A stretch of 64,000 bases of DNA. It comes from an uncultured delta proteobacterium (lineage in GTDB: Bacteria; Myxococcota_A; Polyangia; Polyangiales; JAFGIB01). The stretch is from contig CAVZVA010000005.1 in the NCBI GenBank assembly GCA_963778655.1, positions 512,001-576,000 on the forward strand, written 5' to 3'. The notes beneath the pieces were generated by a model. It was not told where the DNA came from. It did not search any database and saw nothing but the letters and a program-made list of their open reading frames with translations. The position numbers and the translations under genes were made by a program. Below are positions 19,809 through 30,958 of the stretch, one piece after another (positions within the stretch are counted from its first letter, which is position 1; each line of letters opens with the position of its first letter).

Positions 19809-22055
19809 TTGGTCACGCCCGCAGGCGGCGCCGTATCCGTTCGGCGGAGCCCTTTGGCGGGAGCTGCGCGCGCATCGCTGTGGGTGTGCGCGATCGCACT
19901 GCCAGCCTGCGCGGGCGCGGCCGGCGGCGGCACGCACAGCCCGCCACCTATCGAGGCCGACGCGGGGCCGGCGCCGGTGCGGGCGCTATATGAGCTGGGC
20001 GCGGCCCCGATGCCCTTCGGCGCGATCCCCTGGCCGGACGACAGCTACCTCGACGCCGACGGGCACGTCAGCGTGCGCGATCTGCCCAGCGGGGCGACCC
20101 GCGAGTACGCGGCCGCGTTGACGGCTGCGATGGTGGACCTGGACGGCTTCGGGCTGCGGCCGACCATCTACTTCCGCTTCGACGGTGCGCTCGATCCGTC
20201 CAGCGTGCCGGCCGACGCCGGCGCCACCCTGGGCGCGACCGCGAGCGTATTCCTGATCGATGTCGACACGGCCTCGCCCCAGGCCTTCGAGCGGATCGCG
20301 GTCGACGTGCAATACGTGCCGGACGGTTTCGAGCTGCGGCTGCGTCCTGCGTTGCCGCGCGCGCTCAATCCGGGCCGTCGCTACGCCGCTGTGGTTACGC
20401 GCGCGCTGAGCGGCGCCGATGGCCGGCCGGTGCAGGGCGCCGAGCGCTTCCTGCGCGTTCGCGATCCGGACGTGCCCCTGTTCGACTCGCGCGAGCGCGC
20501 GGCGCGGACCGAGTACGCGCCTGTGCTCGAAACGCTCGCCAGCCATGGGCTGGCACGCGACAAGATCGCGGCGCTCGCGGTCTTCCACGTCCAGAGCGTG
20601 CGCACGGACCTGATGGATGCGCGCGATCTGGTGCTCAAATCGCCGGCGCCGGCGCCGGTGCTGACCGACGCCCGCAGCGCGGTGGAGCTCGATTCCGTGC
20701 TCGGCACGCCGCCGCAGGGCGCGCTCGGTCTCGACCACGGCGGTCCGCACGATCACATCGGCTGGATGATCCAGGGGCACTTCAGCTCGCCCAACCTGCT
20801 CTCCACGCGGCTCTCCGTGCACGGCGCATTCGAGCGCACCGCTGGCGGCGCGCTGCGCGCCAAGCGGCAGGACGACGTGCCGTTCACGCTCTGGCTTCCG
20901 CTGGGCAGCCCCGGCAACGGGCCGGTGCCGGTCGTGATCGTGCAGCACGGTCTGGGCGGCGACCGCAGCGACGCATTGCCGCTGGCGAACGCGCTGGCCG
21001 CCTCCGGCTATGCGGTGATTGCGATCGATGCGCCCTTTCACGGTTTGCGCTCGGGCCAGGGCGACAACCAAAACCGTTTCACTGGGCGGCCGGGAGCGGA
21101 CGGCTTCGGCGACGCGCCTGGGGATTTCGTGGGCGAGCGCGACGTGGCCGGCGATCTGCCCGAGTTCCACCCGTTCTACTACCGCGATGCGGTGCGCCAG
21201 GGCGTGGTCGATCTGATGTCGCTGGTGTACGTGCTGAACAGCGGCGACTGGTCCGGGCTGGCCAAGGCCGCGGTTCCGCTCGCGCAGCTCAAGCTCGACG
21301 CGACCACGTTGCCGCTGGTGGGGACCGACCTCGGGGCAGAGATGGGGTTGATGCTGGCCTCGCTCGAGCCGCGCATCGGCGGTCTAGTGCTGGCGTTCGC
21401 GGGCGGTTTGGGCGTCGACGGGTGGTTCGAGAGCCCGGCGCAGCGGCCGCTGGCGGAGGGCCTGCTGTCACGGCTGGGCTACGACCCGTTACGGTTGAAC
21501 GATGGCGACCCCGCCGCGTTGCTGATGTCGCCCGACCTCGATGCGTGGCGCACATTGAGCGACCGCGCCACGCCGCTGGCCTACGCCCCGACCTTGAGCC
21601 GACTGCCTGCCAACCTGCTGATGCTGATGGCGCGCGACGACGAGGTCGTGCACAACCGCGGCACCGAGGTGCTCGCCTACGCGCTCGGAGCGGAGGCGGT
21701 CGGCGGCGCGCCGGCCTACGTGTCGGATCTGGCGACCGATACGATTCGGCCGGGCGCGACGCTGAGCGGCAACTTCATGGCGGACGGAGGCACGGTCACG
21801 CGCGTGCTCTACGTGCTCGACCCGTCCGGCCACGATGCGCTGACGCGCGCGACCGGCAGCCAGCAGTACCAGCATCCGATCGCGGTCCCGCCGGAGGCCC
21901 TGCAGCAGCCCAAGGACATCGACAATCCGATCGCGGCGACGCTCACGCAGATCGGCTTCTTCCTGGAGTCGCTGCGGGCCTGCGCGGCCAGTATGCCTAC
22001 GCCGTCGCAGGCGAGCTGCGCGGCCTCGGTCGAGGCGCCTCCGGCTACGCCGTAG
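19809..22055 (+). CDS. Secreted lipoprotein: Ig-like N-terminal domain plus alpha/beta-hydrolase (Pla-1/Cef lipase-like)
   Basis: GGAGG then TTG; lipobox LPAC; PWPDD, LDGFG, VIVQHGLGG, AIDAPFHG, elbow GTDLG, DDEVV, SGH. Confidence 0.75.
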   Translation: MVTPAGGAVSVRRSPLAGAARASLWVCAIALPACAGAAGGGTHSPPPIEADAGPAPVRALYELGAAPMPFGAIPWPDDSYLDADGHVSVRDLPSGATREYAAALTAAMVDLDGFGLRPTIYFRFDGALDPSSVPADAGATLGATASVFLIDVDTASPQAFERIAVDVQYVPDGFELRLRPALPRALNPGRRYAAVVTRALSGADGRPVQGAERFLRVRDPDVPLFDSRERAARTEYAPVLETLASHGLARDKIAALAVFHVQSVRTDLMDARDLVLKSPAPAPVLTDARSAVELDSVLGTPPQGALGLDHGGPHDHIGWMIQGHFSSPNLLSTRLSVHGAFERTAGGALRAKRQDDVPFTLWLPLGSPGNGPVPVVIVQHGLGGDRSDALPLANALAASGYAVIAIDAPFHGLRSGQGDNQNRFTGRPGADGFGDAPGDFVGERDVAGDLPEFHPFYYRDAVRQGVVDLMSLVYVLNSGDWSGLAKAAVPLAQLKLDATTLPLVGTDLGAEMGLMLASLEPRIGGLVLAFAGGLGVDGWFESPAQRPLAEGLLSRLGYDPLRLNDGDPAALLMSPDLDAWRTLSDRATPLAYAPTLSRLPANLLMLMARDDEVVHNRGTEVLAYALGAEAVGGAPAYVSDLATDTIRPGATLSGNFMADGGTVTRVLYVLDPSGHDALTRATGSQQYQHPIAVPPEALQQPKDIDNPIAATLTQIGFFLESLRACAASMPTPSQASCAASVEAPPATP

Positions 22056-22084
22056 CGCAACGCCGCGCCGCGCGGGCCGCTCGC

Positions 22085-22474
22085 TCAGCTCAGCGTGGCC
22101 AGCAGGGCTTCGTAGGCCTTGGCGTCCAGCAGCGCGTCGAGCTCGGCCCGGTTGGAAGGCTTGAGCACCAGCATCCAGCCCTCGCCATAGGGTGTGTCGT
22201 TCACCAGCTCGGGCTTGGTCGCGAGCGCCTGGTTGACCTCGACCACCTCGCCGCCGATCGGCGCGAACAGCTCGCTCACCGCCTTGACCGACTCGATGTC
22301 GCCGAAGTGCTTGGTCGACTCCACGCGCGCGCCGGGCTTGGGCAGGTCGACCAGGGTCACGTCGCCGAGTTGCTCGACCGCGTAGACGGTGATGCCGATG
22401 CGCACCAGCTCGCCTTCGAGCCGCGCCCACTCATGGTCCTTGGTGTACTTGAGGTCGGTTGGATAACTGGCCAT
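22085..22474 (-). CDS. gcvH: Glycine cleavage system H protein
   Basis: YTKDHEW, lipoyl Lys in IESVKAVS, PYGEGW. Confidence 0.95.
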   Translation of the reverse strand: MASYPTDLKYTKDHEWARLEGELVRIGITVYAVEQLGDVTLVDLPKPGARVESTKHFGDIESVKAVSELFAPIGGEVVEVNQALATKPELVNDTPYGEGWMLVLKPSNRAELDALLDAKAYEALLATLS

Positions 22475-22479
22475 CGTGT

Positions 22480-23580
<1,101 letters not shown>

Positions 23581-23696
23581 CGGGGCGGACGATAGCGCGC
23601 CCGATTCCAGCGATTCAACCGGGATGTGGCCCCGCGGCCCGGCGTCCCCGTGCGCGGTGCCACGCAACCGGGACGCGCGCCGGCCGATAGCGGGGC

Positions 23697-25235
23697 ATGG
23701 AAGAGCTGAAGCTCTATCGAGGCGAGCAATTGTTGGCCCAAATCGCGCTCGGCGAGTGGCCGCTCGAGCTGGGCCGCGCCGCGGGCTGCGACCTGACGGT
23801 CGACGACCCGGAGCTGGCCGAGCGCCACTGGCTGGCGCTGCGGCGCTTTGGCACCGTGCTCGCCTACGACGTCTCGCGCGGGCGCAGCCGCAGCCCGCTT
23901 CCGCTGCCGCTCGGGCAGCGCGTGGCCCTGGGCCGCGACCACAGCCTGGTGCGGGCGCGCCGGCCGCAGCCCGGCGGTCTGGAGCGCGACACCGAGGCGC
24001 TGCGCGAGCAGAGCGACCGCGGCGGCGAGCTGGTGCTGGTGTTGGGCTGCGGTCGCGAGGCGCGCAAGCTGCGCGTCGGCGAGCGGCCGCTGCACATCGG
24101 GCGCGCCACCGACAACGACCTGGTGCTGGCCGACCGCGCCGCCAGCTTGCGCCATTGCCGGTTGGAGCCGGTCGGCGCGGGCTTGCTGCTGCGTGACCTG
24201 GGCAGCAGCAACGGGACCTTCGTCAACGGCGTGCGCGTGGAACGCGCCGTGGTCGCAGCCGGCGTCGAGATCCGGATCGGCCGCACGGAGCTGCGCGCGC
24301 TGGAGCGCGACGCGCAGGGGCGTGTGCTGGGCGGCGAGCTGCTGGCCGAGTCGGCGGCGATGCTGGCGCTGCTGGCCGAGGCCCGGCGCGCGGCGACTCT
24401 GCCCTGGCCGGCGCTGGTGCTGGGAGAGAGCGGCAGCGGCAAGGAGGGCGTCGCCAGATTGTTGCACAGCGCGGGGCCGCGCCGCGGCCGGCCGCTGGTG
24501 ACGCTCAACGCCGGCGGGGTTCCGCGCGAGCTGGTGGAGAGCGAGCTGTTCGGCCACGAGCGCGGGGCTTTCACCGGCGCCACCAGCGCGCGCCGCGGTG
24601 CCTTCGAGCAGGCCGACGGCGGGACGCTGTTCCTGGACGAGATCGGCGAGCTGCCGCTGGCGCTGCAGGCGCGGCTGCTGCGCGTGCTGGAGAGCGGCGA
24701 GGTGCGCCGCGTCGGCGCCGAAGGCGTGCGTAGCGTGGACGTGCGCGTGGTGTGCGCAACCCACCGCGACCTGCGCGCCATGGTGAGCGCGGGCGAGTTC
24801 CGGCAGGACCTCTACTTTCGCATTGCGCGGTTGGTGCTGGAGGTGCCGCCGCTGCGCGCGCGGCCGGAGGACTTGCCGCTGCTGGCCGAGTGCTTTCTGC
24901 GCGAGCTCGGGCCGCAGCTGGGACCGCGCGAGCTTGGGCCCGAGGCGCTCGCGCGGCTGAGCGCGTACGCGTGGCCAGGCAACGTGCGCGAGCTGCGCAA
25001 CGTGCTGTCGGGCGCGGCCATGGCGAGCAGCGCGTGCGCGATCGGTCCGCTCGAGATCGAGCAGGCCCTGCAGCGTCTGGGCGGGGTGGCCGCCGAGCGC
25101 ACGCGAGTCGGAGCCGACGGGCTGCGCCACGTAGTGCAGCGCCACGGCGGCAATCTCACCGCCGCCGCCCGCGCCCTGGGCATGGCGCGCTCGACGCTGC
25201 GAGACCGACTGAAGGCGGGCGCCGCGCCGCCATAG
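23697..25235 (+). CDS. Sigma54-dependent activator with two FHA-like domains and a Fis HTH
   Basis: GR..S..H..SSNGT FHA motifs; GESGSGKE, GAFTGA, FLDEIG, WPGNVREL, AARALG. Confidence 0.92.
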   Translation: MEELKLYRGEQLLAQIALGEWPLELGRAAGCDLTVDDPELAERHWLALRRFGTVLAYDVSRGRSRSPLPLPLGQRVALGRDHSLVRARRPQPGGLERDTEALREQSDRGGELVLVLGCGREARKLRVGERPLHIGRATDNDLVLADRAASLRHCRLEPVGAGLLLRDLGSSNGTFVNGVRVERAVVAAGVEIRIGRTELRALERDAQGRVLGGELLAESAAMLALLAEARRAATLPWPALVLGESGSGKEGVARLLHSAGPRRGRPLVTLNAGGVPRELVESELFGHERGAFTGATSARRGAFEQADGGTLFLDEIGELPLALQARLLRVLESGEVRRVGAEGVRSVDVRVVCATHRDLRAMVSAGEFRQDLYFRIARLVLEVPPLRARPEDLPLLAECFLRELGPQLGPRELGPEALARLSAYAWPGNVRELRNVLSGAAMASSACAIGPLEIEQALQRLGGVAAERTRVGADGLRHVVQRHGGNLTAAARALGMARSTLRDRLKAGAAPP

Positions 25236-25248
25236 GAACAGGGGGCTT

Positions 25249-25310
25249 CAACCGGAAGGCGGGAAGCGCGGACAGAGACCTTTTCCCGCCCTCTTCCCGT
25301 CTTGCTGTTG
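25249..25310. repeat. REP-like inverted repeat (copy D)
   Basis: CAACCGGAAGGCGGGAAG pairs with CTTCCCGTCTTGCTGTTG, between convergent genes. Confidence 0.75.
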
Positions 25311-25313
25311 CGT

Positions 25314-26015
25314 CTACTGCTCCCGCATCCGGCGCACGCGGAAGGCCAGCAGCTCGCGCGCGACCCGCAGCACGATTCCCGCGCGGGCGCTCTTGGATTG
25401 CCCGCTGCGCCGCGGCCGGCAGCCGATCGTGACCACCTCGGTGGCGCGGCCGGCGGCCAGCACGCGGATCGGGAACTCGAAATTGAGGAAGAACGAATCC
25501 GAGGGTAGTTGGTCCGGCACGAACAGCGTGCGGCGGAACAAATACGGCCCGTCGCTGCGTAGCCGCACTCCGTGGACCGCGCGCACCAGCGCGCGCACGC
25601 CCCACGACATCAGCTTGCGGTCCAGGCCGTCGTCGCGGTCGGCGTAGACCGAAAACACCACGTCGCAGCCGGGGCTGGCAGCGGCTGCGCGCAGCGTACC
25701 GATCGAAGCCGGGTCGATCTGCCCGTCGGCGGGCATGAACGTGACCCAGGGCGCGCGCGCGGCGGCGACGCCGGTCTTGAGCGCGGCACCGATACCGCGG
25801 TTGCGCGCATGGCGCAGCAGCTGGTGCGTGCACCCCGCGAGCGCGCGCTCCGCCTCGGCGGAGGTGGCGTCGGTCGAGCCGTCGTCGACCAGCACGATCT
25901 CCGCGCCGGGCTCGTGTGCGTCCAGCCAGGCGCGCAGCTCCTGCAGGATGGGCGCGACGTTGCCGGCCTCGTTGTAGGCGAACACCACCACGGACAGGTC
26001 GGGCGTCTCGGACAC
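25314..26015 (-). CDS. GT2 glycosyltransferase (polyprenol-phosphate glycosyltransferase-like)
   Basis: AYNEAGN, VDDGSTD, NRGIGAA, PADGQ. Confidence 0.85.
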   Translation of the reverse strand: MSETPDLSVVVFAYNEAGNVAPILQELRAWLDAHEPGAEIVLVDDGSTDATSAEAERALAGCTHQLLRHARNRGIGAALKTGVAAARAPWVTFMPADGQIDPASIGTLRAAAASPGCDVVFSVYADRDDGLDRKLMSWGVRALVRAVHGVRLRSDGPYLFRRTLFVPDQLPSDSFFLNFEFPIRVLAAGRATEVVTIGCRPRRSGQSKSARAGIVLRVARELLAFRVRRMREQ

Positions 26016-26102
26016 AGGCTCGGGGAGATCGTAGCGCGAATGGCGGCAGTCCGTACCCCTGCGATGCGCCGGCGGGTCGATCGACCGACCTGGAGCACCA
26101 AG

Positions 26103-26181
26103 AAACAGGAAGGCAGGGAGAGGGGAAGGACCGCTCGGAAGCGCGGGGTCGTTCAATTGCAGCCTTCACGCCTTCCTGTGA
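26103..26181. repeat. REP-like inverted repeat (copy E)
   Basis: AAACAGGAAGGCAGGGAGAGGGGAAG and CCTTCACGCCTTCCTGTGA, between miaA and the GT2 gene. Confidence 0.7.
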
Positions 26182-26206
26182 GCTCGATCGTCTCTTCCGT
26201 GGCTTT

Positions 26207-27148
26207 TCAGCCCCGCGTCAAGTGCGTTGCCAGTGTGTCGAACGCTGGGGAGGACAGCAGGGCTTCTGGGTCCAGGCGTAGATCGAAGCCGGGCTCGGCG
26301 CGGAACCAGTTGCGCTGGCGGCGACCGTACAGGCGGGTGGCCCGCGTGACCTGGCGCTCGATTTCGGTCGCATCTTGGCCTTGCTGCAGGCCGAGCGCCG
26401 CCTGGCGGTAGCCGACCGAGCGCAGCGCGCGCACGTCGGCGCCGTGGCGCGCGATCAGGCTTCGCACCTCGTCCAGGAAGCCCTGCGCGAACATCGCGCG
26501 CGTGCGCCGGGCGATCGCTTCCCTCCAGCGCTCCAGGGCTGTGTCGAGCACCAGCGCGAGCGCGCGGTAACGCGGCTGGCCCAGGGCGTGGGCGGCCCGT
26601 AGCTCGCCCAGCGCCCGCCCGGTCTGCGCGTGCACCTCGAGCGCGCGCACCACCCGCACCATGTCGCTGGGATGGACAGCCTGGGCACTGCGCGGATCGA
26701 TCTCTGCCAGCCGTGAGTGCATCGCTGCCGCGCCCCGCTCGTGCCACTCGCGCTCGAGCTGCGCCCGCAGCGTGGGGTCGACCTTCGGCAGCTCGAGCAG
26801 GCCGCGCAGCAACGCGCGCAACCACAGCCCGGTACCGCCTACTACCAGCGGCCGCGCACCGCGCGCGATCACGTCGTCGATCGCGGCATCGGCCAGCTCG
26901 GCGTAGCGCGCGGCGTCGATCGCCTCGCCGGGCTCGAGCACGTCGATCAGATGATGGCGCACTCCGCGCAGCTCGGCCGCCGTGGGCTTACACGAGCCGA
27001 GGTCGAACCCGCGGTAGACCTGCACGCTGTCGGCACCCACGATCTCCGCGCCCAGGCGCCTGCACAGCTCGATCGCCACGCGCGTCTTGCCCACCCCGGT
27101 CGGCCCGGCCAACACCGCGATCGCGATCCGGCTGCGCTCTGCCTGCAT
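26207..27148 (-). CDS. miaA: tRNA dimethylallyltransferase
   Basis: GPTGVGKT, DSVQVYRG, HHLID, GGTGLW, RRQRNWF; follows mutL. Confidence 0.95.
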   Translation of the reverse strand: MQAERSRIAIAVLAGPTGVGKTRVAIELCRRLGAEIVGADSVQVYRGFDLGSCKPTAAELRGVRHHLIDVLEPGEAIDAARYAELADAAIDDVIARGARPLVVGGTGLWLRALLRGLLELPKVDPTLRAQLEREWHERGAAAMHSRLAEIDPRSAQAVHPSDMVRVVRALEVHAQTGRALGELRAAHALGQPRYRALALVLDTALERWREAIARRTRAMFAQGFLDEVRSLIARHGADVRALRSVGYRQAALGLQQGQDATEIERQVTRATRLYGRRQRNWFRAEPGFDLRLDPEALLSSPAFDTLATHLTRG

Positions 27149-27155
27149 GGTTGAC

Positions 27156-28988
27156 CTACCGTCCGAGCTTGCGCTCCAGCTCGTCGAGCCCGACCGCGTG
27201 CACCACGGGCCGCCCGTGCGGGCAATGGCCCGCGAAGTCGGACACCTCGTCCAAGCCGCGCAGCAGCGCCTCGGCCTGTTCGATCGGCAGCGTATCGCCG
27301 GCCCGGATCGCGCCGTGGCAGGCCATGGTGGCGAGCGCGCGGTCGACGGCGGCCGAGAACGCGCGCCCCGAGGCGCGCTCCAGCTCGCCCAGCAGGTCGC
27401 GGAGCAGTCGTTCGGGCGCGGCGCGCGCCAGCAGCGAGGGCACGCTGTGCACGGCCACACTGGTCGGTCCGAGCAGCGTGCAATCGAGCCCCAGCGCGAG
27501 CAGTGTCTCGCGCTGGCTCTCCACCAGCGCGGCCTCGACCTCGCTGCACTCCACGCGCTCCGGAAACAGCAGCTGCTGGGCCTTGACCTCGCGCGCCTGA
27601 TACGCGCGCCGCAGCTTGTCGAAGCGAATGCGCTCGTCTGCTGCGTGCTGATCGATCACGTACAGGGCGTCCGCGCCCTCGCACACCAGCAGCATGCGCC
27701 GCACCTGCCCGAGCACGCGCAGCGCGCCGAAGAAGCCGCGCTCGAGCAGAGGCTGCTGCGGCGGCGCCTCGGGTCGCAGCGCCACGCTCGGGTGAAACGG
27801 GCTTTGCTCGGCGACGCGCATGTCGTCCCCGTCCGCGGCGGCCGCGGCAGGCGAGCCGCCCAGGCCCCACGGATCGCCCTGCGAAAGCGAAGCGCTCGCC
27901 GTGGCCTCGGCCTGCGCCGGCTCGGCGCTCGCCGCCTGCGGGGCCGGCGCGCCCTGCAGCCGCTGCTGCCAGTAGTCCTGTCCGCGGCGCGCGGGCCCGC
28001 TCCAGGCCGAGGTGCCCAGCTGCTTGGCCAGCAGGCGCGTGACCGCATCGAGCACGCCGCGGCCGTCGCGAAAGCGCACCTCGAGCTTCTGAGGATGGAC
28101 GTTGACGTCGACCTGATCCGGCGCGACTTGCAGGCACAGCGCGCCCAGCGGATAGCGTCCCGGCGGCAGCACGCTGCCGTAGGCGTAGGCGACCGCGCGC
28201 GCCAGCGAGGCATCGCGCACCGGCCGGCCGTTGACGAACAAGTGCAACCCGACGGCGCCGTTGCGCGCGCGCTCCGGTGCGCCCAGCGCGCCCATGATCG
28301 CCACGCCGTCGCGCTCCGCCTCGACCGAGACCAGGGCCTCGGCCGCGAAGACCGCCTGGGCGCGCTCCAGAAACGAGCCCGCGCGTGGGTAATGCCGCGT
28401 GGGACGACCGTCGCTGCTCAGCGCCAGCGCCAGCTCGGGGTGGGCGAGGGCAGTGCGCGTGCAGACCGCCGCCACGTGTCCGCTCTCGGTCGCGCGCGAC
28501 TTGAGGAACTTGAGCCGGGCCGGCACATTGAAGAACAGATCGCGCACCTCGACCACCGTGCCGGCCGCGCAGCCGATCTCCCGCAGCTGCGGCTCGCCGC
28601 CGCCTTCGATCGTCACCTCCGTGCCCGCAAGCGCCGCGCGCGGCCGGCTGAGCAGCAGGAAGCGCGACACCGAGGCGATCGAGGGCAGGGCCTCGCCGCG
28701 AAAGCCGAGCGTGGCGATCGATTGCAGATCCTCGACTGCGCGCAGCTTGCTGGTGGCGTGGCGACGCACGCACAGCGCGGCGTCCTCGGGTGACATCCCG
28801 GCCCCGTCGTCGACCACGCGGATGCGGGCGCAGCCCCCGCTCTCGATCTCGACCTGGACGCGGGCGGCGCCGGCGTCCACGGCGTTTTCGAGCAGCTCCT
28901 TGACCACACTGGCCGGCCGCTCCACCACCTCGCCGGCAGCGATTTGGTCGACCAGGGCGTCGGGCAATACGTGGATCAGAGCCGGCAC
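27156..28988 (-). CDS. mutL: DNA mismatch repair endonuclease MutL
   Basis: QIAAGEVVERP, GFRGEAL, DQHAADER, ACH, CPHGRP. Confidence 0.97.
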   Translation of the reverse strand: MPALIHVLPDALVDQIAAGEVVERPASVVKELLENAVDAGAARVQVEIESGGCARIRVVDDGAGMSPEDAALCVRRHATSKLRAVEDLQSIATLGFRGEALPSIASVSRFLLLSRPRAALAGTEVTIEGGGEPQLREIGCAAGTVVEVRDLFFNVPARLKFLKSRATESGHVAAVCTRTALAHPELALALSSDGRPTRHYPRAGSFLERAQAVFAAEALVSVEAERDGVAIMGALGAPERARNGAVGLHLFVNGRPVRDASLARAVAYAYGSVLPPGRYPLGALCLQVAPDQVDVNVHPQKLEVRFRDGRGVLDAVTRLLAKQLGTSAWSGPARRGQDYWQQRLQGAPAPQAASAEPAQAEATASASLSQGDPWGLGGSPAAAAADGDDMRVAEQSPFHPSVALRPEAPPQQPLLERGFFGALRVLGQVRRMLLVCEGADALYVIDQHAADERIRFDKLRRAYQAREVKAQQLLFPERVECSEVEAALVESQRETLLALGLDCTLLGPTSVAVHSVPSLLARAAPERLLRDLLGELERASGRAFSAAVDRALATMACHGAIRAGDTLPIEQAEALLRGLDEVSDFAGHCPHGRPVVHAVGLDELERKLGR

Positions 28989-29180
28989 GAGCGGAAGCTA
29001 GCATGGGCCCGGCGCCCCAGAAACGAGCCGGAAGCAAAGTGATTTCGCTAACTTCGCCCCGGTCGTTTCGTTGACGCTGGCAGTGCCTGTAGACTACATG
29101 ACCTAGCGAGATTCGGAGGCCACATCATGGGGATCAGCCCGAATCACCCGCGTTGACGCAGGTGCCCCGCGTGCTCAGCC

Positions 29181-30877
29181 ATGCTTGCGAGCATCAAGAC
29201 ATGCCGCGCTTGCGGTAGGACCTTCACCGCGGGTGAGATCTTCTGCCCGGCGGATGGCTCTCGGCTGCTGACCCAGAGCCGCGGTGATACCGCGCTCGAT
29301 CCGCTGATCGGCAGCACGCTCGACGGCCGCTACCGCATCCTGCGTGTGCTCGGCGAAGGCGGGATGGGCATCGTCTACGAGGGCGAGCACACGCTGATCG
29401 AGCGCCGGGTCGCGGTCAAGGTCCTGCGCGAGGACTTCTGCCGGCGAGCCGACGTGGTCGAGCGCTTCCGGCGCGAGGCCAAGAGCGCGTCGCGCATCGG
29501 GCACCCGAACATCGTGGACGTGCTCGACTTCGGCCTGACGCCGAACGGCGCGAGTTACTTCGTGATGGAGATGCTGCACGGCGAGGATCTCGCCGACGTG
29601 TTGGCTCGCGGCGGGGCGCTGCGGCCCGAGCGCGCGGTGCTGATCGCCTACCAGTGCTGCCATGCGCTGGCTGCGGCCCACGACAAGGGCATCATTCACC
29701 GCGACCTGAAACCGGAGAACATCTTCCTGATCGAGCGCGAGGGGGTCGCCGATTTCGTCAAGATCGTCGACTTCGGCGTGGCCAAGATGACCGATCTGGA
29801 GCTCGAGCCCGCGCCCGCCTCCGGCGGCGAGCGCCAGGCCAAGCTGACGCGTACCGGGATGATCTTCGGCACGCCCGAGTACATGTCGCCGGAGCAGGCC
29901 GCCGGCCTGCCTCCCGATCACCGCGTCGACATCTACGCCCTCGGCATCACTCTGTATGAGCTGCTCACCGGCCGCGTTCCGTTCGAAGGCGAGAGCTTCA
30001 TGTCCGTGCTGTCCAAGCACGCGAACAAGCCGGTTCCGGCCCTGCGCGAGGTGCGCCCGCTGCTGGAGGTGAGCCCGGCGCTGGAGGCGGTGGTACTGCG
30101 CGCGCTGTGCAAGCCGCGCGCCCAGCGCTTCCAGCACATGCGCGAGGTCGCCGCCGCCTTGCTGGAGACGCCCGAGCTGCCGGCGCTGCCGTTTCGGCTT
30201 TCGCTGCCCACGCCTGCGCGCGCCTCGGCGTCGTCGCCACCACGCGCGCCGGCGTTGCAGCTGCCGCCGCCGGCTGCTGCCGGCGTGGCGGCGCCGCCAC
30301 CGGCCCCGAGCGGCTCGCGGGTCGCCAACGACGTCGAGCTGCCGGTGGCGCCCTCGGCGCCCGCGCGCGTGCGGCCGCCGCGCCCGCGCCGCGTGCAGGC
30401 CATCGCGCTGGCCGCGGGCCTGGTCGCGGCCGCGCTGCTCGCGGTGATCTACCTGGCGGCCAGCCGGCGCTCGGGCGCTGCGACGGTCGCGCGCGATGAG
30501 GGCGCCGCGCTCGCGCCGGCGGCGCGTGCCGCCCCCGAGCTTACGCGCACCGCCCGCGATCCCGAGCAGCAGCCGGCCGTTGCCGAGAACGGAGAGCCGC
30601 CGCTCGATTCTGGTCACCGTGCGGGTCACCACCCAACCAGGAGGGGCGAGCGTGCGCACCGCCGACGGCAGCGAGGTCTGCGCCAGCACGCCTTGCACCT
30701 TCGACGCAGTGCGCGGCGCGCCGCTCTCACTGCAGGCCCGCCGTGGCCCGCGCGAGGCCACGACCACCCTGCGGCCGCGCGCCGCCACCGAGCTGCACCT
30801 GGTCCTCGATGCCAAGTCGAGCAAGCCAGCGCGCCGCAAGGGCGACGATCTCCAAGGTCCCCGCTATCTTCCGCTGA
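29181..30877 (+). CDS. Membrane Ser/Thr protein kinase with a PEGA-like C-terminus; two apparent +1 frameshifts
   Basis: Zinc ribbon, GEGGMG, HRDLKPEN, DFG, GTPEYMSPEQ, TM helix; PEGA continues in the 30496 frame; a third frame ends DDLKVPAIFR* at 30877. Confidence 0.8.
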
Positions 30878-30958
30878 GATCCCACCAGCACCAGGTCGCA
30901 CTCATGCCCGCACGGGCACGCGTACGCGTAACCGCAGTCGTCCTCGTCCCCGCTCCGG

